Assembly (NCBI RefSeq): GCF_018350175.1
Contig: NC_058368.1
Location: forward strand, 146,384,001 to 146,448,000
Direction of reading: 5' to 3'
Origin: Felis catus
Lineage: Eukaryota
DNA: 64,000 bases
The notes below the pieces were generated by a model that did not search any database, had not been told where the DNA came from, and was given only the letters and a program-made list of their open reading frames with translations. Positions 12,827-26,952 of the stretch are shown piece by piece; the first letter of the stretch is position 1, and each line of letters opens with the position of its first letter. A program made the translations under genes and the position numbers.

Positions 12827-15800
12827 TTTGGTTTGCTTGGTGCAGAGAAATATTGACCACCTTGATTTGGAGATGATTTGCCTAACACAAATTGGCACCA
12901 TCATTAAATCCCACCAAAAGTGATTAAAATCAACAGAAACAACTCTAGAATTTAAGCACTGTAGTTTACATTTTCCATCTCTCTTGATCTGATGCCCTGG
13001 TGCTTGTCCTTGGAGGCGAGTTTTATGCTATTCAGAAGGACTGGAAATGGTGTTGCAGTATGAATGAGAACTTTAAAAATATGTATTGTGTGAGTTGGTC
13101 TTGAGATATTAGTCTTTGGCGTACACTGTAATACTCTCAGACATTATGATGGCCGCCATTGTGATGTGACTTTGGTGACCCAAAGGTTATTAAAACTGCA
13201 GGGGCCAATAGTGGTGACAGTGATGATGGGGTATCAGGGATGATTCTATTATTGTTAAGAAACCAAGAATGGATTCTGAAAAAGATGCTATAGACACTGC
13301 TTTCCATTGGTTTTTATTTAAAAAAAAAAAAACAATAGTTAAAATTGAGTACTAATAGGAAGATAACTTTGAACTAGAAAAATATTTTCTTAGACATGAT
13401 CTTCATTCCATTAAACCTATATTCCAGGAGATAAACGTTAAAAATTTTCTTTGCTAAAAATGTTTTGTGACCAAGTAAGTTTGGAAAACACTGAGTTAAT
13501 AAAAATTAAACATATTTCCTTACTTCTAAATAGGTCAGTCTTTAATATGCTAATTAGTATGCATTTTCAATCTTGTTAAGTGAGGACTACACCATGTACC
13601 ATTTTCCACAGTTCAACATTTGCATTATTAGAAAGTTAATTTATTTCCAACAGAACGTGAGATTATTGAAAATTAAATAAAGCATATAACAATATTTGAT
13701 ATACTTTACTTTTTAATTTGGCCTTCTATCCTGCAGTTAATTTCATTGATATTAAGCTAGGTCTTTAATAAACAATGTTTGCTGAAATAGAGGCTCCCTT
13801 ACACAGCTCTGTGCATTTGTCTTTATTCCCTTTCATTGGTTACTCTGTTTCAGAGATGTTTGTGGCATGCTTAATTTGGAAGTACAAAATGATGAAGTTA
13901 GGTGATAATACATTTTGAAATAAAAATTTTACTAGTATCGATTTTTGAGAGATTTAAAAAATAATACATAGGTTGAGTTTACCTGGCAAAATTCTTGGCA
14001 CTCTCCTTATTAAAAAAAAATACAAATTTCAAAGGGTAATTATTGTTGACTTTCTTTGTAAAAACTCTTCAGGTTTCTTTTCCTGATTTTCCACCTACAG
14101 ATCAAGCTCTTTCTCTGCTATATTATGGTGTATAGCTTTTCAAGGTAAAATAAAATTAGATTTTGTTACCATTAGAGTCAGAATTCACATGAATAATATC
14201 TTTAAGACATTGTGTGTACAGACTATTATATACTTGCTGTAATTTCCATTACAAAAGAAATCAGGAATAATGAACCATTTCTTTTAAAAATTTAATTGCT
14301 GTTTAAGTGACCACCTTTTGTTTAAACCCAAAGATAAACAAAAGAAACAAACAAAAAATAGCATCTGATAATTATATGGAGAACTTCCCATAGACACGCT
14401 GTCAGTCAAAGACTTTATTTTCAAAGCCAAGTTCTCATAGCTCAGGTTACAAACAGTGTGATCAGCAGAAACTCAGAATAAGAAGTGAATTGTTTCAAAA
14501 ACATAAAATGAAGGTGCCATTACTTTATTAGTATCTTTCTGTTGCTTCACCTCATGCTTATTTAGGGACAAAAATTTAAAAACAAAAAATTAAATACTTT
14601 AAGAAGTAACCTGCATTCTGTCTTGGAAGGAAATTTTGACATCTGTTGAATCACTAGCTCTTTGGAATTATGGGGAGGAAAAGTTACCTTTTTGTAAGAA
14701 TTCCTTTTGGCCTAGAATCGCTTGTTTAAATGTCACATAAATTGTAATAACTCACGTGATTTAGATGGTACCACATTCTAATCCTGCTTCCTTATTTGAA
14801 CGTTAGCATCATGAAAATAAAGTGTATGTCTGTAAGGAGAGCTAGCATAGCCTATTTTAATGGAAAGATTTAGAATGAGCTGAGAGCTCATGTCTAATCT
14901 TCTCTTTATTATTGTGGATAGAATACCTGTTTCTTACCTCTATCTCAGGCAGGGATTCTGGAAGCCATGTATCAATAATATATGTGAAAGTATTTGCACT
15001 CTGTAGATTGCACAGACTAGTATTATTCTAATCAATGTTATTCTTTTATTTAGGGATATATGGATTTCAAAGAACTTTATAGATAGAGTTTTCCTTGTTT
15101 CCCATACTCTTTGTTCTCTGTGTTCTAAAAGTGTTGTTCCTACCTCACCAATCATAGTGCCTTACACACAGTAGGATTTCTAACATTTGTTCATTAAGTA
15201 GTAAATGGTTCCTTCACAGTATAATTTAATATCTTTGAGATGAACACAATAAATACAATTTTAATTGGATTATAATTTTTAACTCATCTTACCTGCCATC
15301 TTGTTTAAACACTATTAGTAAGAAGTTGACACGTTTGGACTTCTGTCGTTATCTGGCATAGCATCAGAACTGCCTCAGAGTTTATTTTAGCATCATCATA
15401 TTGCTAAACAAAGCCCAGCAGTTATGACTTTTGTTTGGCACAATTTCCTACCTATTTCAGAAGGATAAAGTATAATTTATACTAGTTGTTTTTCCCTAAG
15501 CTTCATAACACTTATTTAAACATTGTGTTATACCAAATAAGCCTAAAAGACTCCATTCATTCTCTGTTCTCTGGCTGGTATGCCACTTACTCACAGATTC
15601 ATTGACTATGATTGATTATAAACTGCCTCTGAGACCCACTTACATGGATTGGTCATTTGTTAGAGTTTAAATGAGTCACAATTCCCTCTGCTATTCGACT
15701 TTACAACATGTAATAAGGTGTTTTTAATGACTTTCATTGCAAAATGCACTCCTTTTATCTGCAGACTAGCCTGGTTTAAATCTCTATTTTGTTGGACACT

Positions 15801-16519
15801 ACTCTAAAGAAAACTTTTATCCCCCATTATACTTTTCTTTCCATGAAACCATATCCTAGAATATTTTAAAAGCCAGAGGGCTTTCTAATTATGCCTCCAT
15901 TAAATATTTTCACAAAAATAAGCAGTTACAGTATTCTACATCAGCCTTTTCACCAAAGTCACCTTTTACATTTGTTACATTCCTGAACAATTTTTAAATG
16001 CACAAGAAACATCATCAACATAGTTAGTTGTGCACTTGCCTGATTGTGAACTTCTAAAGAAAACGGATAATACCATGGTTTACTCATCTTTGCTACTTAG
16101 CATCAGCACGGTGCTTTGTATTTAATGGATAGCCACGTTTTTGTTTTTTGTTTTTTCAATTGAATTGTCATAATATTTGCATTAAAAAAATTATGAAAAG
16201 TCTTACTAGTGACTGCTCCTCAAAGGTCTCTAGTAGAACTGTTACCTAAAGCCAAAAAATCATGAGCAGGGGCTCAGCCTGTCACATAATTCTCAGGTGG
16301 CTGGGCAAAAGACCAGGTGTTAAAGCAATAGGACTTTCACTGGAAACTGTTTTTTCAGTTTGGGGAGAACTGAATATGTGGAGTTTTGTTTGAGTATGTC
16401 TACCCTTTCAAAACAATATCAAAATTAGGGTGCCTAGGATTACTGTAATCAAATTTTGTTCAGACCAAGGTCATTGGAGTCTGCTAAGTTTCTAGTCAAA
16501 AAGAATAATGGAAAAGTGA

Positions 16520-16745
16520 ATCAACATTGATTTTATGCTGCTCCGTGTGGGATGCTGTGCTAGGTGCCTTGCATAATGTATCTCATTTCATCTTGACCAC
16601 AATCAATATCGGGCCTTCTAGCTCTCAATTTTAAAGAGAGATTAAGTAATTTGTCCAAGGTCACACAACTAGTAGGAGAAGCAGCCAAAATTTGAACTCA
16701 CTTGTGGGTGATGGTAAAGCCCATGCTGTTTAATTACCCACTCTG
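16520..16745 (-). mobile_element. MIR SINE
   Basis: 'gagagattaagtaatttgtccaaggtcacacaactagtagg...aaatttgaactca'. Confidence 0.75.
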
Positions 16746-17726
16746 TTTTTCAGGTTCTTTTATTATTAATTAATAACTAGATTTGGTTGTTAAATCTTAA
16801 CTATTTTATATAGGTCAACTGGCAAGATTTAGTGTAAAAATGAAGTAAAACAGCTTTTTTTTGGTCATTTATTATACTGGAAAATAGTTACTAAGACATT
16901 ATTTAACATTCATTTGAATGCACAGAAAGGATCGATCTGAGATCAATATAAATCTTATTTCTCTAACTTTGACTTGGGTAACCACGTGTTCCTGTGTCCA
17001 ATTGGCAAATGGAAATACTCGACTGATTCTGATTTTCTCTGGAAATGAGTCCAGAAGAGAGAATCAGAGCCTCCTCTACTCTTTCCTTAGGCACTCTAGA
17101 GGAGGTTACTGTTGTTACTAATCAACTGCATTACTGATGCAGTTTCAAGTTAGAATAATGTAAGTTGATCTTTTGTTTACTGATTGCCTCATTAGGGGGA
17201 ACCTATTCTTCCTCAGAAAAGAACAGATCTCTCTTGAGTTTTATGTATTAGAAACCTTTCCTTCCCACCACTTCTATTCTTTAAAAATTTTAGTTAACAG
17301 CAATAATTACTGAGTGATTTACACCACAATTATTTGTAGCGCTATGAAAATCTAGGCTTCAGTTGTAGATCTACCAATAACCATTCTGATCAAGGCATTT
17401 TTTTTTTTTTTGACCAATCTATGTGCATCTCATTTTTCTTATCTGTAAAGTGTAAGAAGAAAATTTGATAATCTGTGAAGTTCAATCAGCTCTAAATTTG
17501 TAATTTCCCAATGTATTTAAAGGGTACTTTTTGTTCTGTAAGAAGGTCAGGGAAAGTCAGCAGTGTGCCAGGAGATAACTGTAATGTTGCTTGGCAGGTA
17601 GAAAAATGTTCCTAAGTTTTCTTGTATCTATTGCCATCCCGATAATTCTGAAAAGAATTAGTCTTCTAAATGGTGGAGGAGACTATATTAATGGAGGCTA
17701 CTATAGGTTTAAAGGGGTTTAAATTC

Positions 17727-17915
17727 GGGGTGCCTGGCTTAAGCGTGCGACTCTGACTCAGGTCATAATATCACGGTTCCTGAGTTCAAGCCCCATGTTG
17801 GGCTCTGGGCTGATGGCTCAGCCTAGAGCCTGCCTCAGATTCTGTATCTCCCTCTCTCTCTGCCTCTACCCCCCGTCTCTCAAAAATAAATAAACATTAA
17901 ATTTCTTTTTAAATT
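17727..17915 (+). mobile_element. Can-SINE with the A box deleted
   Basis: ggggtgcctggcttaagcg head lacks gtggctcagtcgg; body and A tail are otherwise typical. Confidence 0.9.
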
Positions 17916-19069
17916 AAATAGGTTAAAATTTAAACCCCTTTAAATATGTATATTTATATATTTATTATTACATAAATATATAGTTTAATACAGTACCTGT
18001 CACATCCTTAATAAAAATGAGCTGATTTAGCATTGTTATTAATATTACTGTTACTATTTGTGGTGGAGGTGATGGTCAATACCACTGTTAAATGCAATAA
18101 CATACTTCTATTTTATGTAAATTTTCAAAAAATATTTAAAGAAAATATGCTAATAGTCTAAATTTCTAGTAATTCAAATATTTAAAAAAAATTCCTGGAA
18201 TTTGGTAATAGATTTATGAAGAGATATAGTGATGGTCCTCAGAACGTAAGATCTTGCCTCTTGAACAAATACTTTTGGTTTGGGGAAAGGATCTGCCAGG
18301 CTTTAGAGAATGTGAGTTGTTAGGATAAACAGTGAGCTTTCATACCCCTGGGCACTTTCAAAATTTGGACAAAACTGCTGTGCTCTAAAGATTCTTTTAG
18401 TGCTTATTTGGGTCAGTAAATGTTATTAAATGCACACAAAGCCCTTTCTTTAGGAAATTCTCTAATTTGCAGGCTGTTTTTCAATAACACAAAAATAAAC
18501 ATTAAAGAATGAGGTAGAAAAAATATAATAATAAACAGTAATAAATACTAATAGAAACAAAGTGTTCATCTTTGTGTATAAATGAGCAAATGAGAGCACT
18601 GTATTGGCCTAAGTGATTTTGTTGATGTTAAAGTAAGTCTGACTTTTCCATGAAGCAATTTATTTTTCATAAAAGAAAGAAGCTTAGGTCATACCTTTTA
18701 GCTATATGGTTTTCAGGTTCATCAGAAATAAAAATTTAAACCATTTTCTCAGGAAATGTAAAGGTTTTTAAGATACTGAATTTTTGAAGCCTAAGGAACT
18801 AGGCAAAATAGTTTTAACTTTTTCTTTAAGAAATGGTTAGTTGCTAGGAGACCACAAATCGGTGCTAATGATTCCAAGTTTCAGGCAGCTTTCAAGTAGG
18901 CTTGTATCTCTTTAGAAAAGATGTTTAATCCAGTTCACCCCAGACTATGCCATTAATAATTAAATGCCTGATGATTCTGTTCTCACAGAATTTTAAAGTT
19001 TGTTGGAGAAAAGAGAAATAATTGGAGGGTAGAAGAAAATAATATGTCAGAAAGCATCAGATTAATTTA

Positions 19070-20090
19070 TGCCAACATTTGTTAAATGCCTTTTAGGTAG
19101 TGGGCCTGAAGTCTGACTTCAGGGAAGCCACATTAAATCAGATGTTGTCTCTGTCTTTTAGGATTTCCCTCTCTAGTTGGGGAAAGAAACATCAAAACAA
19201 TTGATTACAATGCAAAATAACAAGTATAGGGTCATGGGAGGTACTCAGTATATGATTAAGTGAATGAGTGATTAATGAATGAATGTTTCCGATGCTGTGT
19301 AGAAAGTCTGAGAAGGTAAAGAAAAAGGAATGTCAGTTGTTGATGTTTCAACTGTATATTGAAGAGTAGTAGAGCTAAAGAGTAAGCAGATTGAGAAGGC
19401 AGCCCAGAACATTCCAAGTGGAGAAAAAATATCATATGCAAAGGTATGAAGGTGTTTTTTTTTTTTAAAAAGTATGAAAGAATAGGACATATTGAAGGAA
19501 GAGACACAAGTTGTATGTGACTGGCTAAGAGTGCGGATGGCATGGAAGAATGGGGAGAGATAAGCTGGATTTCTAGAATATAATACACTGACATTTTAGA
19601 AAGGTAACTGATTTGAGTGTGGAAGACTAACCAGAAAAACAAGAAGGTGGAGATGAATTAAAAGGGCTTTGAATTAAAATGAGAGAAAATAATGTCCTCT
19701 GAGATGGAGGGGGAGACACGGAGAGCTATTTGGAGACAGGATTGACAGAACTTGATGATTTATTGCAGAAGGATGAGAACATTCTGACTTTTACATTTCT
19801 ACCTTAAACTAGTAGGTTGATGGTAAGGCTAGTGATCAAAATGAATGATTTAAATTTTTAAAATTTAAAATTTTCAGATATTGAATTTGTGCTTTAGGAA
19901 TCTCAGATTAAAAAAAAAAAATGTCCCAGAAATAGTTGGAGTTGTGTGTCCAGAGCAAGGGAAGCACACAAGGGCAGTCTTCATATTCTGTAGATGACAG
20001 CCGAAGCTGGGAAAAGTGGGCAGAATCACCCGGGAGAGCCAGCTGCATGAGATCCTGGGAGTTCTGAACCTTGTCCTCTACAAGCACTGT
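19070..20090 (-). mobile_element. L2 fragments
   Basis: 'aacatttgttaaatgcctttta' end followed by GA-rich L2 body; boundaries approximate. Confidence 0.6.
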
Positions 20091-20106
20091 CAAGAAGAGC
20101 AAAAGT

Positions 20107-20346
20107 GGGGCACCTGGGTGGCTCAGTTGGCTAAGCAGCTGACTTTGGCTCAGGTTATGATCTCACGGTCCATGAGTTCGAGCCCCGTGTTGGGCTCTGT
20201 GCTGACAGCTCAGAGCCTGGAGCCTACTTTGGATTCTGTGTCTCCCTGTCTCTCTGCCCCTCCCCTGCTTGTTCTCTCTGTCTTTCTCTCTCTTTCTGTC
20301 TCTCTCTCTCTCTCTCTCTCTCAAACATAAATAAACATTAAAAAAA
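20107..20346 (+). mobile_element. Can-SINE
   Basis: ggggcacctgggtggctcag head, (CT)n, A tail; degenerate TSD aagaag(a/g)gcaaa. Confidence 0.94.
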
Positions 20347-20754
20347 GAAGAAGGGCAAAGATTAGTTTTGAGGTGTTTCTTAGAATGCAAAATAAGTAAT
20401 ACAGGTGAATGAAAACCAGTCTTTATATATAATTGGCATCTAATGAATAGCCCACAAGACTTTCAAAGAGTGATTCATTCACTGTGTTAAATATTCAGTA
20501 AAACAAAATAAATAAGAAAATTAAGTTGTAAGACTTTTAAGTTAGTACATTTGGTAAATCATTTCACTCATTTAGTTTAAAATCCAAGAAGCACAACATA
20601 ATTTTATACTAGTTTCTTTTGTAATGAATGTAATGGATAGGTGAATTAATTTTGTTAAATTGAATAATACGTTTCCAATCCCAGTTCACTGATACTATTT
20701 TCTTCTCACGTCAGAAGAAAAATCTCTTTCAAAAGTGCCTTATACTCTAAGGTA

Positions 20755-20985
20755 AGAATGTTTTCAACCGAGACCCACAGTAAGAATATATTGCATATTT
20801 CAGCCAAGTATACACATTTATATGTGTATATAAAGCTGACACATTTCATTTCATGAGACACTACTCACACTGTTACATCTCTTGAATTCTAATGTTCTCT
20901 AAGATATTTTGGTTTTTAAAATCTGGTTACCATCTTAATTTATAACTTATTAATGGGCCCTGACCTGCTCCAGACAGTATTTGAC
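20755..20985. mobile_element. hAT-Charlie MER-type MITE (family not resolved)
   Basis: 'ttttcaaccgagacccacagtaagaatatatt...ttattaatgggccctgacctgc' resembles recalled MER-type hAT elements. Confidence 0.5.
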
Positions 20986-21269
20986 CTCCTTAATCTCTTT
21001 TCAGTGTTTTGCTTTATTAATGCCTATTCTCTCACCTTCAAGGAGTCTCATCTGTGAAATTGTAAATGTATTCAATTCTCCTTTATCCTAAAATAAAAAA
21101 AAAAACTTTTCTCTCTTGTTCTACTCATTTTTAAAATTATTATTGAATCTAACCTTCATTTACCTTCAAATTTCTAATATATAATCAACACTTGCTACTT
21201 CAGCCTTCCTGTCACCTTGGTCCTTTTCCCTGCACTCACTTAGCAATCTCATCCAAAATCACTTCCCTC

Positions 21270-21450
21270 GATAATAGCAAATCACTTATATAACAGTTAA
21301 TGTGCCAGGCTAAGTACTTTACAAATATTAACATATTCAACATACAACAGCATAAAGTAGGTACTATTATTATCCACGTTGAGATTCAGTAGCTTGCTCA
21401 AGGTTACACAGATAATAAGCAGGGAAACTGGGCTTCAAATCCAGGTGTCA
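21270..21450 (-). mobile_element. MIR SINE
   Basis: 'atgtgccaggctaagtactttacaaatatta...gtaggtactattattatcc...cttgctcaaggttacacag'. Confidence 0.8.
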
Positions 21451-21756
21451 TATATAACTCTCTCTTAGACAAATTTATGTAACACCACCGTACTGTTTGT
21501 GTTTTTCAACCAAGATATATTTACACCCCCCTCCTCCTGATGTATCATTTCCGTTTAAAATCAAACTTATCATCCTTAAAGACTGACATGTAATATTGGA
21601 ATAATAATGTAGAAGTAGTAGTGATTGGTAAGTGGTCTGGCTATGTGCTTGTCTTACTTCATGGGATAAGAATGATGTCTTAAGGGATGTGGTGGCATTT
21701 CACAATGATGAGGAGGTTGGTTGAATGTCCAGCAAAAATGAAAATGTATTTATGGA

Positions 21757-22158
21757 TATATTGGTTTGCTAGGGTTGCCATAATAAAAAAAAAAAAAATA
21801 CCATAGCCTGGGTGGCTTAAATGACAGAAATCTATTTTCTCACAATTCTTGAGGCTGGAAATCCAAGATCAAGGTGTTGGCAGGTATAGTTTTTCATGAG
21901 GCCTCTCTCTCCATCTGCAGATGGTTGTGCTTTTTGCTGTGTCCTCTCGTGGCTTTTTATTTGTGTGTGAGCATTTCTGGTGTCTCTTCTTCTTATACGT
22001 ATACCAATCTTATCAGAACAGAGTCCACTCATATAACCTGACTTAACCTTAATTACCTCTTAAAGACTATATTTGTAAATATAGTCATATTCTGAGATAC
22101 ATTGGGGGTTAGGGCTTTAATACATGAATCTTGGGGAGACACAGTTCAGTTTTGAACA
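21757..22158 (-). mobile_element. MLT1 (ERVL-MaLR) solo LTR, near full length
   Basis: 'tttgctagggttgccataa...gaggctggaaatccaagatcaaggtgttggcagg...gtcatattctgag...ggggagacacagttcag'. Confidence 0.9.
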
Positions 22159-22169
22159 AGGAGTTTCTT

Positions 22170-22392
22170 TTTTTTTTTTCTTTTTTTTTTTTCAACATTT
22201 ATTTTTGGGACAGAGAGAGACAGAGCATGAACGGGGGAGGGGCAGAGAGAGAGGGAGACACAGAATCGGAAACAGGCTCCAGGCTCTGAGCCATCAGCCC
22301 AGAGCCTGACGCGGGGCTCGAACTCACGGACCGCGAGATCGTGACCTGGCTGAAGTCGGATGCTTAACCGACTGCGCCACCCAGGCGCCCCA
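22170..22392 (-). mobile_element. Young Can-SINE (SINEC_Fc)
   Basis: Perfect 16-bp TSD gaacaaggagtttctt at 22154-22169 and 22393-22408; L1 endonuclease-type TT|AAGA site on the minus strand. Confidence 0.97.
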
Positions 22393-22919
22393 GAACAAGG
22401 AGTTTCTTAACCATGAAAAAGGCAGTCAGTTGCACACAATTACCCTGGAAAGGACTATGGGTCAATTTAATGAAAATGAGAGCTAGCAGAAAGATATCAA
22501 CAGAGCATTGATCCTGAATACTGACATCAGCAGGATAAAGGAGGCAATAGATGAGGAAATTGGAAGCACATTTGAATGATGTGTAGGAAGGAAGGGCAAG
22601 AAAGAATAATGTGCTAGATTTGATGACCTACCCAGCCTCCTTATATATAAGCCAAAAGTTGATGTTCAGGGCTCTGAATAGCTTATTTCTTTGCTGTGTA
22701 CCTGTTGCTGAGAAAGACTTGAATTAATGGAGAGTGGAATAAGCAATAGTGGGGATGTGGCAGATGAAGGCAGGCTCTTAGAGCATATCTTTTTGAGATA
22801 ATGTTTTTAGAATTGAAGGGGCATGACTAATTTAAACATGTAATGTTTCTACAATTCTAAGAGCTGTACTATTTTATAATGGTGAGTGTAGTGAATATAA
22901 CTCTCCTCATTATGTACTC

Positions 22920-23790
22920 AAAGTATTAGTGATTTCTTCCTTATTATGGATCACATTTTCCTATTCTACATGTCCAATAATTTTTTTATTATAATTTATG
23001 TTGTTGAGAGTCTGGAATCTGTGGTCTTCTTTTAACGAATGTTGAGTTTTGCCCTGGCAGGTAGTTAATTTACTGGCAAATAAACTTGATCTTTTTTTCC
23101 AAGCTTAATTGGGGTGGCTCTAGACTTTTTAGGGATGTCTCCTGAATACTTAGCATTTTCAGTGTGGTATTTTACTGTACCAGTCAGATGCTCTGCATCT
23201 CATAGTATATGCCACATTTGGGATTTTTTTTTTTTTTTTTTGAGAGAAAGAGAGCACATGTGGCAGAGGAGGAGGAAGAATCTTCAGCAGTCTCCATGCT
23301 GGGTGTGGAGCCCAATGCAGCGCTCTTTGTCATGACTGTGAGATCACGACCTGAGCCAAAATCAAGCGTTGGACACTGAACCAACTGAGCCACCCAGGCA
23401 CCCCTTTAACATTTGGAATTTTTATTCAGGTGACAGCTCTGGTTATTTTCTACTGGGCCTTACAGTCTTGCTCAGTGCATGTGCAGTTTATTATTCATCT
23501 AACAATTTGAGATGTCTCCTTTTGGGGCCCATTTTTGTTTACAGTTATCTGTTGTCCAGTGTTTTGCACTGCAGGTCCCAACTATTTCAGTAGTACCAAA
23601 TTCTAATTTCTGCCTCAACACAATTGAGTGAAATCATTGTATTCTACTAGGGCTCCATCTACCTCCCTGTACTGAGGTCCAGAAAATGCCACCAGTCAGA
23701 AACACAGAGTGATCCTGAACTCACCTCTTGTATTTCCCTTCTTTCTGCATTCATAGTCCTATACTGACTGTTGTCCACTGTTGAAAACCA
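22920..23790 (-). mobile_element. Old L1M fragment interrupted by a SINE
   Basis: 'ttattatggatcacattttcct...gttgagttttgccctggcaggtagttaatttactgg...tgactgttgtccactgttgaaaacc'. Confidence 0.55.
23229..23404 (-). mobile_element. Can-SINE, older short subfamily
   Basis: TSD acatttgg(g/a)attttt at 23214-23228 and 23409-23423. Confidence 0.9.
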
Positions 23791-26722
23791 ATAAATTCTT
23801 GTTGAGAAGATGAAAACATCTTTAACATGAGTTTTGATAAAATTAAATTCAGCTTTCTAGAGGTTGCTTTCTGCTGAGGTCAGTTTTACATATTCATACT
23901 AACAGTGCTGTTTTGAAGAAGTTAAACATTGCTATATATTAGCAACATATCAAAGATAAGTCACATCAGCTTGAAACATTAATGTAAAATACTTTATAAA
24001 AGCCCCATCCTGAGAAGGAGCAGCATGTTAAAATCACTTGGGTTGGGAAAAGTGTTCTGAGAATGGTTCTAACATTAAAGAAAGTTTGTTTTCTTAGCTT
24101 TTGATGTCCTCGGGTAACAAAATCAACATTCTTCTGTATTTAATGAAAATAGGTTTTGAAATAGCAACAGGTGTTTTGGTAATAAAAAACTATTCATGGC
24201 TTAAATCATTAGGGTCCCTTATTTTCTTTATTATAATTACTGAAAGAAGAGATTTTGAAATTAATCTGTTGCCATATAGACTTGAAGAAGGAAGTCTAGG
24301 AAGTGGCCTTATTAATTTTTAGACTTATCCTGGTTAGTGTAACAATTTAGAGTTAGTAGATTTTAAAATAATTTATTGTCTAAAAACAAAGCAGAAACAT
24401 GTGGTTACTAGAAACCTAGGAATATAATTTTATTGGCGTCATAGAAGTAACACAATACATGTAAGGTAAATGAGGAAAAGTTAGTGACAAATTATTTTGT
24501 GAATAATTGTGTAAGATTTTTTTCATGACTGTAAACATGTGAGTTTATTTAAATTTTCAGTTTTAAAATGTTCATTTGATATCTGCATTAAGGAAGAATA
24601 ATTGTTTATCTAGAAAATGAATATAGATGAAGTAAATAATTGTTTGAAAGATATTTTAAGATATATCATTTGATCAGAGAAGAAAAAATACAAATTAATT
24701 TTAGATAACAGTTTGGTTAAAATTTCCTTCTTTTCACCCTCTCTTTCCCTCTCTCTCTCCCCTCTTTATCCTCTCTCTCTCTCTCTCTCTTCCTACCTGT
24801 TTTCTTTTTCTATTTAAAAACAAATTTAGATCTAATATTATTGTATATTATTGTGATCTAAAGAAGAAAATTTGAGGCTAAGTCTCCCAAAGTAGTGACA
24901 TAGTTCTTAGCTATCTGGATAACTCAGAGATTTGAGTTACTTTTGTGAGAGATGGCATTTGTTTATCTGGATACTTGTGTCTATACCCTCATTTTCTATA
25001 GCTTTAGAGTCATGGTAGTAAGATGTATTCATACCATCCTCTTGCCCACCTTGATCGTTTATGATTGAATTGCTTACTGCTTAGTTGTACTCTTTCTGCT
25101 TTCCCTCAATTTAGGATTCAAGCCAGTTGTTGGCATGTCATGATGGGCTTGATATCTAAGCTACTGTTAGCCAAGGTCTAGCTCTTGGGAAGGTCTTAAA
25201 CCTTGCATGATTATATTTAGTGTTATTGTTACATACGTCTTGGCAACATACAATGTTTTACAAAATTTTTAATTGCCACCTAACCCTGTTAAAAAAGGTA
25301 CCACATGTTCAAGGGCAGTGATTTTTTTTAATCTATGTATTTTCCATTTAATTGTTGTTTCTGTATTATTATACCTTTATGAGTAGAGCTTGTGTCTATT
25401 AATTTTGTAAAGGGCAGTTTTATAAAATTTTATAAAGAGGAGGTATCTAAATTATTACAGTTGGCATCAAAGATGATATCCAAAAGAATGTGGGTATTCT
25501 TTTTTGTTTCTATTGACTCAGTCCCTGAATCACAAAGTTAGGCAAAAATTTTGTGCTGATTCCACTCTAAGAAAATAACATCAGCTTTACTCAGAATGAT
25601 TTATGAACTCATTAAATTTACCTTTTTCCTCTGCAATTCAAATTGGTCAAATAAATCCAGTGGCAATTATGGAGACAGTGAGTTTAAAACATGTTACATA
25701 GGCATCCACAACAATCCTGTGACCTCCAAGAAGTGTGTTATTTGTCTGCTGAATACTGATTCTTGAAGATCCCTGTTTTTTCTCCTCATGTTTCTGTATT
25801 TTCTCAATCAAGTTATTTATCCTAGTTTCTTCCCAGTTATTTTTTACCCCTATTTTTGGTCTTAGTTAGCAATAGTACTTCTCACTTTTATTTAGAACAC
25901 TTATAGTTTTTTACTTTCTGATTTATTTATAGACATGTATGTGTATAGGTATAGATCTATTTGTCTATGTGAACACACTTACAGACATTTTTTTCTGCTT
26001 CTGTATTTTCCCAGCTGTGTTATGATAACTTCTCCTGTGTAACTGTGTTTTTTGGCTAAGATATCTGGTAACCATTATTTACAAATAATATACTCCTTTG
26101 TACAAGGTCAGAATATTCTCCATAAGAGCATTTTAAATGACAACTCTAATTTAATGTATTAGGCTTTGAATTCAGTGTTTGCTTTATAATGTGAATATTA
26201 ATGGCTTCTTTTTTTTTTAGAAGTTATGTTTATGGATAAACAAATCAAACTTATTTTTGTTTAAGTTTGTATTTAATTACAAAAGTTTTGCCATCTTTTA
26301 GATTTTATTTTATTTATAAAATCTTCAGTACTTTTCTTGCTATTTTCATTTAAAAATATTTTGAATACCAGCAGTATTGTAGGCAATATGATGGACCTTT
26401 TTTCCTAAATTTCAGTTAATTATGGAATAATTATAAATACCAAAATGCAGAGATACATGTAGCACCTACTTCGTTGGAAAGACTTTTCTTATATTGGTAG
26501 CCTTATCTTTTTTCCCATTTTATACAAAATTATAATGTCTAAAAATTCTAGCTCTTTATAGTAACAGTTTGTCCTTTTTAACTTATGACGAAGCATTATG
26601 GTAAATGTATAGGTGAAAAAACTTATAAATTTCAGGGAGAGTAAGATGATAATTCTGTGAGGCCTACTATGCTGTGATATCCCCACTTCCCATTTCATGA
26701 TTAAAATACCTTAATTGAAATT

Positions 26723-26952
26723 GGGGCACCTGGGTGGCTCAGTTGAGCCTCAGTTGAGCATCTGACTTTGGCTCAGGTCATGATCTTGTGGTTCACAAGT
26801 TTGAGCCCTGCATTGGGCTCTGTGCTTACAGCTCAGAGCCTGGAGCCTGCTTCAGATTCTGTGCCTCCCGTTCCTTATGTCCCTCCCCGACCTCCCTCTC
26901 TCTTTCTCTCTCTCTCTCTGTCTCTTTCTCTAAAAAATAAACATTAAAAAAA
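26723..26952 (+). mobile_element. Can-SINE with an 11-bp duplication in the A box
   Basis: Typical body; ctcagttgagc occurs twice at 26738-26759. Confidence 0.93.

Noticed and set aside
15300..15800. Scattered AP-1, C/EBP and FOX-like motifs
   Set aside because: Density looks no higher than expected in AT-rich DNA.
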